Shown here one piece after another: positions 1 through 12,900 of a stretch of 64,000 nucleotides of DNA. Within the stretch, counting starts at the first letter, position 1; the number at the start of each line of letters is the position of its first letter. Location: assembly GCA_051362555.1 (NCBI GenBank), contig CM120642.1:8556001-8620000 (forward strand), read 5' to 3'. The position numbers and the translations under genes are program-made. Source of the DNA: Lingula anatina (lineage: Eukaryota > Animalia > Brachiopoda). The notes below the pieces were generated by a model, which was not told the DNA's origin, did not search any database, and saw only the letters and a program-made list of their open reading frames with translations.

Positions 1-1706
1 CAGTAGCAAGACAGACAATAAACAGTCTACTTCACAGATATAAGTTCTTAGAATAAGCCGATGGTATCTAAGTTATAGTCTTCTCTTTCATCATTTTTTC
101 CACAGAAATCCATTTCATTCTGCCTTCACCGGTTCAGAAACATTTCAATTCTCTTTCCTGTTCATTTTCAATTTTTTCTTAGGTGCAGGTGGCTAAATAA
201 GATAGACATGCCAGTTAATTAAGAAGTTCACCTATACAGAGCCTAGTCTCCTCTGATGTACTATATCAGAAAAAAAATAGCTGTCAAAGGAGTTTTCCTT
301 AATGCATTTCACCTCCGAGTCAGTTATGCAGTTGAGTTAAATTGTCAATGTATGACTTTGATATACCATCTTTCAGACATTAAAACCGCAATTAAAAAGA
401 CTGCACATGGAGGCTTATCACAGCTAGAGATCAAAATAATTGTAATAAAATTCCAGAAATAATTTGAAAAGCATGTGTGGACACAGTGCTTTGCATTTGT
501 GAATATCAAGAAACTGAAATTGCATAAACAATATGTACAGACACATCTGTGTCTGTACATAAAAAAGCATAAGGCAATTATATGGAGTATGTTGCATCAT
601 AAATCACACCCTATGCCCTAAAAGGAACAAAGTGTCAGATATTCAACATATGTTAAGTAAATAAACCACTTCTTGTTAAACTATGGACAAAAATATTTTT
701 CATCTTATTTTAACAGGCAATGCCATGAATTGATGTCACAAAAATAATTAAATCTGTCATCGCCGACAAACCTTGACATGTTTCAACCATCTTTGTCTAG
801 CTTTGAATGAAGCGCAACCCATAAGTCAGTACAAGAATTTACCCAGCATGGATGATAGTACTTAAAAAACCCATGTGAAAGCATGTGATAAGGGCCTTCT
901 ATTTTCCCCCCAAATTGTAACATAGAGAGCATTCACCACCACTTGATCTGTAGACTAACTAGTTTGCAAATCAAATATGCCACCCACTTGAAAGCAAGCT
1001 GCATAATTCCCAAACAATTATGTAATGGACTCCCTACCTCTAACTTCACTGTCCCAGCAGGAGAAGAGCAATTTAATTTCAGCATATGCTTTCAGGTGGG
1101 TCACGCCATACTTAATCCATGGACTAGTCAGTCTGCAGATCAGCTGGTTGTGAATGCTCTCAGAGTTTTTGGAGAGTGTCAGAAAAGGAGGTTGCTTTCT
1201 CAGAGAAAATATAACCTTTATTCCAGGAAAATATGCAGGAAAAATCTTACACTGTGCATCTTTAGCTTTACTAAGTGACTGATAATTCATCAAAAGTGAC
1301 TGATAATTTCTTTATCTTTTCTCCAAAAAATGGCACTCTTAAATGTTTTATTTTTACCTCCAATTTCAGGTTGGAGACAAAGATCGACTATTGCCGGATC
1401 AAGTCCCAGTTTCCAGGAACGTGTCCTGTAAAACGGACAGCAGACTCTGATCACTCGGAAGACACATGAGACAGAGAACACGTGAAACTGATATGATCAG
1501 TAGGCTGAGATACGTCTCCCCTGCATTATGCTTGGACGTCATTCCCACCTTCACATAGATTACACACCAAACTAAGTGATCTCATAACTGCTAAAGATTC
1601 AATATCAGCGGGACTTATTAACAAGCGCTGTGTTGATGTTCGCTAATATCCACACATGAAGAGATAATCAGTCTTGGGACAATGCAATAATAGTTGCTCC
1701 TCTTAA
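1..1706. repeat. Copy 1 of a >=1.7-kb dispersed direct duplication (truncated by the window start)
   Basis: Positions 1 (cagtagcaagacagacaataa) to 1706 (...gctcctcttaa) recur colinearly at 27740..29590 with scattered substitutions and small indels. Confidence 0.95.
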
Positions 1707-3360
1707 AAAGCTAAATATTACACTGGAATACCTCTTTAGCTAACTCAACAATACTCTTTTCACAACTGTTGAGACCATGTATTTTGGCAAAACTCATCAA
1801 GACTTCTAAGTGAATGTAATATCATTGGCCTCAAAACAGTACAAGAGACTGCAAGTCTTTCTTTATTGGCAAAGCACAAAAGACTGAATGGAGATTTCAC
1901 TCCAAGAAAAGATGTTTATTTGGCAGTGCAGATGTTTCAACAATACTTCAGAGCAGGCATCTTCTGGTATTGTTCAAAGATAGGAAACCTCATTTCTTTA
2001 AAACAGACACCCTGGAACTTTTATTATATTACTTTCAATAGATCAGTCTTTCAGCTTTCAGAAAGGTGTGAAATAATTTGGTCTTGAAAGAAAACAAATC
2101 AATTGACCAGCAGTGACTTGTGACTGACCAGGGGTGTTTGATTATCAAGACAAAAATAGTGCATTGTTGTTTTGTCACTCTTTTTTGCCAGACATGTCAC
2201 ACTTCGTTATTTTCAAGAGGATGACTTTCAACAAATGAGACTTAAGTTGGTACTGATAACCAAGCTTCGCACGATTCAACCTTGTCTCCTTTCTTCTTAT
2301 AATGGAAAAAAAATTACATCACTTGCAGTTTTGCCAAAAGAGTAAATATGCTGGCAATATAATTATCACCCCATCTCATTAAAAAACTTTCTGTGGAAGT
2401 AATATTAATCAGAATAAACTTGCCAAAAACATCATTTTCAACTTTCACCCCAGGGCGACATCATTACCCATAGTACGTAACAACTGCAATGTAAGTGATA
2501 CAAAGTAGCATATCAGCGAACTAACAAAATGATGTGATACACACACACACACACAGTCCAAGTACAGGTGAGACTTATTCTTATGGACTCCCCAAGTACT
2601 TGACCAGCAAGAATAAAGAGATGCAGATAATGTGATACAAATAGCGAGTGATTACACGGACACTTAATTCAAATGAAACATGGACTGAAAGGACAAGAGA
2701 ATCCATCTCTGAGACTGAACATTATAGATTTAGAAAAAGGGGCTTATAAATTGTGCTAAAATAGAATGTAACCGATTTGTCGTCTTGTCATGATAATGTT
2801 ACAGCGCAGGTGGATAACTGGTAGATAACCAGTGCGTCAAATCAAGGAGAGGCAGTCTGAGAGAGCAGACAGAGTTAAATTGAAAGAACAGAAGCTGAAT
2901 AAGCAGATTTGTTCACACCTCAAGCAATTTCCACCAGCTCTATAATAAAAAGAGATTTGCAACTACGGTCACTCATCAAAGAGCAGTTAGCAGTAACAGC
3001 ACTTATCAACGTAGTAAGTGCTACTCATGTGGGCGCAGCTCACAACTTAGAAATTGAAGGAGGATACCAGGTCATTACTCGGATAAGGGGGGACATATAT
3101 ATATATATATATAGTGATGTCATCAGCAATATCATAACAGTATTCAGTGGCACCTCCATCCCTCAGCAATATTTGCTGCAGTTACAATGTAAGATGCTAA
3201 AATCACACATCGAATGTGATATCCACAAAAGGAGCAGCACTCTGATATTGACCGTGAAATTACTGGAAAACTATTTTTGCAGCAAGAATAGCAGTTTCAA
3301 TACCGACTATTTAAAACTGGGAATTATATTTCATTTACTGTCTTTGATAATTACAACGAA

Positions 3361-6300
3361 ATGGAGGAGACAAACAGCAGCAATCTCACATGGACAAATA
3401 ACACCAGCAACTCCAGTCAGCCAGGTGGGCCCTTTGGGAAGGCAGAACCCCACTACTTCTGGCCCATCCTCATCATGGCTGTGGTCCCTGTAGTGGCTGT
3501 CACTGGCAACAGCTTGGTGTTACTGGCAGTGAAGTATGACAGGAGACTACAGAATTCCTTCAATTATTTCCTAGTGTCTTTGTCCATAACTGACCTGTTG
3601 GCTGGAGTCTTGACCCTCCCACTGGCCATCACGCGGGCCTTTCTGAGTAAGTACACTATTCCACTGGGTTACTATTCAGGGGTGGATCCAAAAATATTTC
3701 TGACATTCTTTCAAATTATCTTTGTTGAACTATCCCCCATTTTTGAGCATCTTATGACAGAAAAAAAAGTTGTAAGTCAATGTAAACTCAAAAAATTCTG
3801 ACCATTTTCTGGAAGACCCAGAATACAGCTTCTGTCCGCTCCTGACTATTAACGTTGTAGGTTTTACGTAGTTAACACAATTATATAATTTAGCACTCCT
3901 GTCTGTGTTAGAATTAATCTTGCAGTAAAGTAAGTTTTAACATTGCAGCAAACCACCTGCTAGCATTTAAGAAAGATAGACATGGTCTGAACAAAACTGA
4001 AGTTGAAGTGAAATTTTCTATTCAGTCAAGTAATGATAATTTTGAAATTCTGAATTGAGGGGGGAACAACAGAAATTTTTAACAAGACATATCCAGATCC
4101 CTTTATTTTTAAAAAAGAAAAGAGGCATCATAAGACCAAAAGAGGTACAGCATATCCATAAATTTGCAGATATTTTTTCAAAAATATCATTATTATTCAC
4201 TACAGTGCATTTTTACCATTTTTATCTATTTTTCTTAATGTTCGAAAATATGGAGAGTCATCATCTCACCCCCACCCCACCCTAAAAAAAGGAACTTCAA
4301 TATTTTGAGGAAAAGGGAGAGAGTTAAAAGTCTTCTACAAGAATAACGGACAATTCAGAGAGCCTTCAAGGTTTCCAGAAAACCCATCACTTTTGAAATG
4401 AAAACTGGCAACCTCATCACAGAACAAAGTGCATATTTTCTAACCTCAATCCTCAGATGTATAGACATCCTATAATATACTGGATCATTCAGTGAATACC
4501 CCCAGGTAGCTATTTGTGTGCCAACATTACACATACCAATTTCAAAGGTCCCTAAAAGTAGAAGATGGAAGGCTGCCTGTGAGATATGGTACTATGTGTC
4601 ATCTCATAATAAAAAAAATCATTTTCAGGGATGTAAACTTAAGTTAAAAGTTAAGGTAAATTCTGAGACCAGTTTTTTTTTTTTTTTAATACTGCAACAC
4701 TTAGTAATGAAGCCATAGTCAAATCAAATCTGGGATTCAGTTCCTAAGCAGCACACAGCCTTGTTCAAGGTTTAAGACTGAGGAAATCAAAATGATCTGT
4801 GAATTCGCAACCTATTACAACTGTCAAGGCAATAGAAGTTATGTTCATATTCCAAGTATGTTGTTCACGGCTTTTTTTTTTTTTTTTTTTTTTTTGGACA
4901 CAAAATATGAATCTGTTCCATACAGTTTTGACAAATAATCTCCCCATAACTGATGACAGACCTGCTTTCAGAGGCCAAAGCGTCTGCTTTCCAGACAAGA
5001 TTATCATTGCAAGATTTAATCACACCTTCAATAATAATGCCAATTCACTTGGGGAAGGGAAATGTCAAAGATACTGACAAGAAGAATACCAAATTGACTT
5101 TCAGTTGTCAATTACAAAGCAAAATTTCCAAGAGTAATGACAAGTTTGGGTCAAATCCCATAATGGGGCTCATGTCCTACAAAATTCCCAAGAGGACCTA
5201 AACATTAGAAACTTGTCATAACCATATAATAAGTGGACAAAGCTATGGGGAGACTTATGTGAATGTATGCTCTGAATATTTTTTGACATTGACAAGGAAA
5301 ATGATCTGAACAGAATAATCATGAATGATAAATTACTTATAAAGAACCTTCACAGATTACTCTACTTTTTTTAGAATGGTTATAGTCATTCACACTATTA
5401 TGTTATAGTGCTTCTTCACAGCATAAATATAACAATCAAATCATTTTTACCACACACTACACTCTATTTATGTTCTAATTTTATTAAACAAAATCAGACT
5501 GTCAGGATTTTGCCTTTCCACATATTCTATTAATCTGTGACAAACAATTCCTTTATCTTCACTATCATCAACAAAAACATGATCATAGCAACTATATTTA
5601 TAAAATCATTCTGAAAAATACAATTATATTAAGATTGATGATAGAAACTGTAATCTACATCAGATTCTTTACATAAAGTTGTGGTTAGTATAATCTCTTT
5701 TATTAATCAGATTATTTTCTACATATTTTCCAGACTACTTTCCTCTGCCCTCCATATTCTGTACCTTGTGGTTCTGTACAGATGTCGTCCTCACTACAGC
5801 GACCATATTTCACATGTGCATTATGTCTGTGGACCGCTACATTGCCGTTCGGTACCCCTTCAAGCACCTTCGCTCACGCTCCAAGAAAGGCCTGATCTTT
5901 AAAATCACATTTATATGGGGACTATCCCTTACGGTGCCCATTCCATTTGTTGTGACCACCATTGCAGCGAACAATGATGGTGGACCCCAGTGCGTATGGA
6001 TTCGCTCCACAGAGGCCATTATATTGTCCACAAGTGTAACATTTTACATTCCTTTGATAATAATGGTGGTGGCATTTTTCCTGACTTTACAACACCTGCG
6101 TAATGAAGGCCATGTGAAGTACAGATCTCCATCTGAGGAAATGTCTACGGCCACATCGAGCGTGCACACGTTCAGTCACAACCCAACTTTCTCCATCATC
6201 AAGGCAAAGTCAACAAACTGTCTGGAAGCTGGGGACAAGGAGCACAGCAGCAGAAGTCATAGCTTAGCACATTTTCAGAAATTCTGGAAAACCCACCCAG

Positions 6301-7085
6301 GTGATGAGAGGAGGAAGCCCTGCAGCCACAGACAACATTCTAGCGAGGGGGAGGAAGATGGCGGCCACACTGGCGTAAATATAACCCAAGAACTGCCACC
6401 TAATAAACAACATATTTGCAGTTGTGGCATAGTTTTAGATTTACCACCAAGTGACAATGAATCAAACGAGTCCAATTCTCCTTGCCTCATGGACAGCGGA
6501 CTAGTGTTTGACGCTGAGAGCCCTGAGACACATTGTATCAATTCAAACAATAAAGACTTGCTTGGGATACAAAATAATAAAGATAACTTAAAGATACAAA
6601 GTTGTGAAATGCTGAGCCTTAAACGGCACAGTCAGGACAGCAATACCCCCAGTATTATGAGGGGCTTGAAGCAAGTGAGGAAAACAATCCTATACAGAAA
6701 GCAGATCTCTGCAGTAAGTCTGCCCATCATGGCTAAAAATCACTGTAATGGGCCTGATCACATTAAGAAGTACAGTGACCCAGAACACAACTCTATAAAT
6801 ACCCGCAGCCAGCGTAACCAGAGGAAAGCCTCAAAGACACTAGGCATACTGTTTTTCGTGTTTGTTCTTATGTACTTTCCTTTCTTTTTGACGGCTGTAA
6901 TTTACACATCTTGTCTGGAGTGTCGGCATGTGATTTCACAGACTGTAGTCTCAGTATGCGAGTGGCTGGTGTTTGCAACCCCCATGGTCAATCCTATCAT
7001 CTACAGAATATTCAACCCAGACTATAGGAAGGCCTTCCAGAAACTTCTGCATTGCTATTACTGCAAAAAGCAATCTGGGTTGTGA
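3361..7085 (+). CDS. Class A (rhodopsin-like) biogenic-amine GPCR, 5-HT2-like, 545 aa, 2 coding exons
   Basis: Exons 3361..3646 (donor A|gtaagt) and 5734..7085 (acceptor ttttccag) join in frame. N-glycosylation sequons in the N-terminus, TM1 GNSLV, TM2 LSITDLL, TM3 CTDVVLTTATIFHMCIMSVDRY (amine-binding Asp and DRY), TM5 FYIPLIIM, long ICL3, TM6 KASKTLGILFFVFVLMYFPFF, TM7 NPIIY, helix 8 with Cys. Confidence 0.92.
3677..3844. mobile_element. MITE-like element (CAGGGGTGGATCC...CCGCTCCTG) in the GPCR intron
   Basis: Imperfect terminal inverted repeats flanked by a 6-bp direct repeat ACTATT (3671..3676 and 3845..3850). Confidence 0.55.
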
Positions 7086-9977
7086 GAAATAGCATTTTTA
7101 GAAAAAAATGGGGGGGGGGGGGGGGGAAATATTGTGAATTTGTAGAATTTTGTACTTCCTTCATGGGTCTCTCAGTTAGTCTGTTTGGTAAGGTACTGAG
7201 GTCAGTTTCACAAAAATAAAAAACTAAACTTGCTTTAGCATCAAATTTCACTCTATTTAATTTTTTCATTTAAGGATAAATCTGTACAAGTCAGCTAGAA
7301 AAGAGTAACTGTATGTACCATTTTTTTCTTTAATGTTATAAAATTAAGGGCAATAAATTCACTTTAACAAAGTCAGGTGAAATATATATATATTCATTAA
7401 CAGGTGATTTCAGGGGAAGAATTCGATCCTGCAAAAGAATCTGACAACTATTTTTTCCACAGCTGCAAATTATTTAGGTTGGTGATAAGTTATTGTCTCT
7501 GTCATTTTGAAAAGTGTGAATCTATTAACCTAAACAATTGCAATATGTGCAATAAGTACGTAATTGTCGGACTTGTGTTTAGCATCAAATTCTGAAAGCA
7601 CCTGTTCATGGAAACATGCGATTTACCCAACCCTATTCACTGTTACCTAATAAGTTTTGAAGAAAGTACAACTTTAAAGCCTTTTTTTTTCTTTTGTTTG
7701 CTTTATTTGGATTTTTTTTAAATATGTATTTTGTGTTGTTTAAGAAACTGGTACTAGTCATTTATATATGTAATTTAAGGGCATAAACTCTCTTTTTAAA
7801 GTATATTTAAGTGCACCAGGAGAACATAAGTTATCTGTGCAAAATGGTTAGTTAAGTTTATGCTGCAGTCAGATTGCATTTATCAAAACTGTACAGTCTT
7901 TTGGGTTTTTTTTTAAAGAAAACCAAACTGAAAGTGGCTCGAGGTACACTTATCTTTATAAAAAAAGTCTGACTGCAGGCTCTTTTAATGTGTGACCAAC
8001 TTATTGATTTATTACCTAATATCTAAAAAGATCATGAGATGAAAACCGTCAAAATTACAAGATACGAATATGAAAATATTGATCTCTGGTATCTCTAATG
8101 ATCAATGGGTGCACCATGATACAAATGTTAGGTAACACTGAATGGATTGTATATTCAATGAAGAAAAACATTGGACACACAACTTGTACGCCAACAGTCG
8201 TCACTGGGGAATGAATTACGAGTGCAGTGAGTGCAACGAAGAATGTGTGCACTGAAATAAAGATCAAATAAAAATGTCATATACATTTCACGAACATACT
8301 CATTACACGTGTTAGTATATCCACCGACTTGAAAACTCTAAGGCATGGGAGAGGCAAAGGAAGGCACACTAGACTCAATAAAACAGATTTTAAATATTGT
8401 CAATGCTTTTTTCTTAATGCAAATGAGTTTTGCTTTTTCCATATATTTGAACAGCTGTTACAGTAACTGAAGGCATTTCTTATATCATTTTTTTCTTCAA
8501 ATTCTGTTAACCTAGAAATTAAAATTCATCTCTGTCTCTTCTCATGATGAATTTCCATGCCTCATCTTTTATTCAAATGGTTCCTCTTACAACTAATGCA
8601 CTTTTCATGTTATCAGCATTTAAGCCAGACTTATGCTGCTTATTGTTTATTTATTGCCTATTTGTGTAATGATGATGAGCTATTAAACTTGCTTTTATTT
8701 ATTTTGACCTTAGTTTTTATGCCTTTAAGTGATGTCTAGTATTATAGATCTATTTATGAAGAACTCATAATAATAATGTAAAGATTTCCCCCACCCTTGA
8801 AAACAATTTACCAATCACTGTTTTTTTTTTTATCGACTTAATATAATAGTAAGAAGTAGATCATTCATCTACAGCTTATTAATAAATGCTGTGTGTATCA
8901 GAGTTTATTATTGGGATAATTCATAATAAAATATCATCCAACTATTTTTCATTACTAAAAAGAAAAATATTTAAATAAATATTTGGTTTGCAGAAAGGGT
9001 ACCAACAGTGTTCTTACAGTTTTGTAGTAAACAGAAACCTTTCTGTTTAAAACCATTTCTCCTTCAAATTGAAATCTCTCCACCAATGTGGATGGGATTA
9101 TAGCTAAAGAATTGCAGCTTTCTAAAGTACAACATTACCACATACAATTAAAATTACAACCAATCAATACAGTGTACTGCTGACGTCTTTGGTTCAGCAG
9201 AATCCTATTCAATAAGAGTGCTCAAATATATCCCACTTCTAATTAATTTAATTACAATAAATTCATGAGATGGTCATAAGAAATTAATCCTTTCTCTTCT
9301 TTTATCCCTAGGACTGACAATAATAAGTCTGCCTGGTGACTCCAATTTTCTTCAAACTAAATGAGTAAGTACAGGAGCACTGGTGACCTACCCCTGGGAA
9401 AGAACCTCACATCATCATTCAATAACTTTACTAGACCGAGTAATTAGGATGTGGATATCATTACTTAACCATTCGAGGCCCATTAAATCCCTTTATTTCT
9501 AAATATACTGAAACAACTTTTACATAAAAAGGCGTTTAATTTTTTTTATTTTTATTGTTATCTATTCTTTTGTCTGTTTCAAAGCATCGGTGATGGTTGT
9601 GAAATCTCTGTACATCCATTTCTCAGCTTCATTCATCAGAACATCAGGTAAAATATCATTGTATAATTTGGCTCTCTTTACAAAGTGTTAATAAGTAATC
9701 AGGAAGTGAATGAATCCATTTGTATTTACTCAGAGGTCCTGAAAGTGTTATAGGAAATAGGGCTCTATAGGGATCAATGTAAGACATTCATTCAAAATAT
9801 TAGACCGTCCTACATGAACCACAACATACACCAGGACAACAGACAACAAGCCTGAAAATGATGAAAAAATAATTAACAAAAATAATAATGATTAAATAAA
9901 AACATAGCACAGCACAGCATTTGTTGTTTATAACAAAATGCTCCATCAAAATTCAAGTCCATCATTCTGTTACTCAC

Positions 9978-12900
9978 ATGAGGGTACAAGTTGTCCAGCT
10001 CAACCAGGCCATGTTGCACCAGCAGTGCTGCCACCTTGTAGAGAGATTTGGGGGTTTCACTGCCAACAGTCTCCTACAAAATAAGAAACATTTCATGCAC
10101 AATATTTACAGGGTAAGATATCACAGTGACTATGTACTTTAAACATGGGCCAATTTTTTTACTTGTAATGTCTGTTCACTTTACTGCATAAACAGAACCA
10201 CTTATTGATGTTTTCTAATCATTTAATATATTCCTGCTACTCAGTCTTGCACTCATTTTGTTAAGCTCAACTAACTCAAAACTGATCACTTCATAAAAAA
10301 AAAATCAAACACATCTTTGATACAATGACCAGCAGTTAAAGCGTTGACAAAATACCTGATAAAAGTGAAACTTGAATCCCAGCACATGACAGAGGCGCTG
10401 TGGATCCATCATATATGACCTGAGTAATGTGACAAAGAAATCCACCAGGGCGGGGCGGCACTCAAATGCATCCAGGATTATATCCAGAACCCGGTTTGGG
10501 TCCAAGTTGAAAAATCCTGAAATCACACAATGCACTTTTCAAAAACACATGCACACTGCAGACAGAGTATTTTATTAAATATGTGTTCAATATCAACTAC
10601 AAAATAAGAAAGTTGAGAAATATTTGCAATGATGCTAAACTGTATGCTCTATGAACATGAAGCTGGCCCTTATCAGCTCTGAAATTCATGTACTTGTTCT
10701 TCTAGTCAATAAACTGAAGCTTAAAACAAAAGGAAAATATTTCTAAAGCTGCATCCAATGCTTATGGCCCAGATCAATCTGCAGCTTCTTGCAGCTCATT
10801 TCAAGAAAGAAATTCAGTCAGACTCCATAATTTTGTCTTAACTTTTATATATCAAAAATTTTAATCTACTTCAACATAAATCAAATAATCAATTAAAAAC
10901 ACTGAAGTTAACACCAGGTTGGCCCAACTTATTTTTTCTTATCTGGAACAACTCTCTTGGTAGTGCTGTGGTGACATTTACCTATAAGGGATTTGATCAC
11001 TTGTAACATCATATCAGGTGTCAAGGTGTGGACATCTTGTCCCAGCTCTGCAATCAGTTTGGCATACCCCTCGCTCTCCTCTCGCAATAGATTAAATTTT
11101 TGCTGCTTGTAGCTGAAAATATTGAGAAACAAATGGGAAGTAGAATAAACTCACATTTGAAAGCCTGGCCTGAACCTCTTCCTTACCACCTGTGGAATTT
11201 CTCTAAGTTCATATTAAGTGTACTCTTTAAAATGCTCAAACTTTGTTTTAGTGAAGGGTGTTTAATTTAGTTAAGGCTGGCAAATTATACCACACTTAAT
11301 TTTTCTTCACTTTATTCTCTGGTTTCACCAAGACTTGACCTCAAATTTCACTTTTTCTTCAACAAAATCAAATGATTTCCACTGAATAAAACTTGACTGA
11401 AAGCACAAAAATTAAACTTTTTTTGTGAATAATCGGTATCTTTATGGACACGCTCGTGAGACTTACTATAATTTTGTTTTAGTCTTGACATATTTCTGCT
11501 GAAAAGCTTGTTTGGATGGTATCAGTCCCACAGCCTCCAGAGTATCAAAGTCCAATCTTTCCTTCAGTACTTGCTCAGATATGAAGCCCTGAGAAAATAA
11601 ACAATGAACTGTCAAACTTTCAAAATTAGGAGCGAATAAAAATTAACTTGGTATACTGATGTGTTCTCTACTAAAGTAAAGGATTCACGGATAAAAAAAA
11701 CTCCACTTGTTACTAGAGTCAGTGTCAAAACTTCCAATACATCAACATCATGCCAAATCTACAAAGATCGAACGATTTGTCCAAAATTATTTTGACACAA
11801 CAAAACCCAAAATAGAGCATATCAAGCAGATAAATTATCTAACAACTTTCAAACACATTTGCAATATTTTATACTTTTCTCCTTTGTAAGAAACCAACAG
11901 AAAAGTTCTCTCTCTCGGTGTTTTAAATGAAACCATTGTATAATATTTAATTGTCTGTGATTTCAATTGAAGAGATGAATCACTTACTAAGCATGCTGGT
12001 ACTAATGCTAGAAAACGCTGTCTTTGTTTGGGTTTCTCTTCTTCAGCTTGGGTTTCAACATCTGGAAGATACAAAGTATGAACAAGTGATTGTAATTATC
12101 ATCTTTTGTGCTTTTAGCATTTATTCAACTTTTATTTTACATCTAATACATCTTTGTATTCCTTATTACACATATTTTATGCATATTATGATGATGATTG
12201 TTTAACTCAAAATATTTTCAACATAAAGAATAAATGTAACCAGTAATCAACCTTGCATTCCTATATTATCCACTTTCCAGGCGTGAAATTTTATTTGATA
12301 TAATAGAGCATGCAAATTCATTTCTCATTCAATTATTAATCCAACCACGTAAAAAGGCTGTGTCTACTACTTTATATTATCTTCCAAATGTCTTTAGACT
12401 TGGATCCAAAATTTCTGCCCACCCAGACCCCAGAGCAAGTTGTGCATGTTATCGACTCATTTTTTGGTTTCTATGCAAATCTTAATGCTAGTTTTTTATC
12501 ACTTATTGAACAATCTCAAAAACCCTAAAGACAACTAGAATTCTGAACAGTCACCAACCTCATACAAGTCTTTTTAAACAAAAGACAAGATGTAACATCC
12601 ATTACTGTTTTCAGAAATCATAGTAAGACTCGTTTCACGAGTTCTTTGTAGGGAAATAACCAGTCATCACTTTTGAGCAGTTACTTGGTGTGTAGTGTCT
12701 AAACTCCTTTTTTTGTTTGTTTCATAATTTCACAACTGAAGATACATATAGTAAAATATTACACACACATCGTTTATTTACGTATTCATACAACTTTTTT
12801 CAACAATTCAGTAAGTTTGCATATTCACACTAATAAGCAAAATCTGATGCTGAAAGCTTTGTTAACTGTCCAATTGTGAATTATTCTCAATACCAATGTT

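Noticed and set aside
2909-3493. 194-aa ORF overlapping the GPCR start
   Set aside because: Non-ATG start, runs through a (TA)n tract, no motifs; most likely promoter and 5' UTR sequence.
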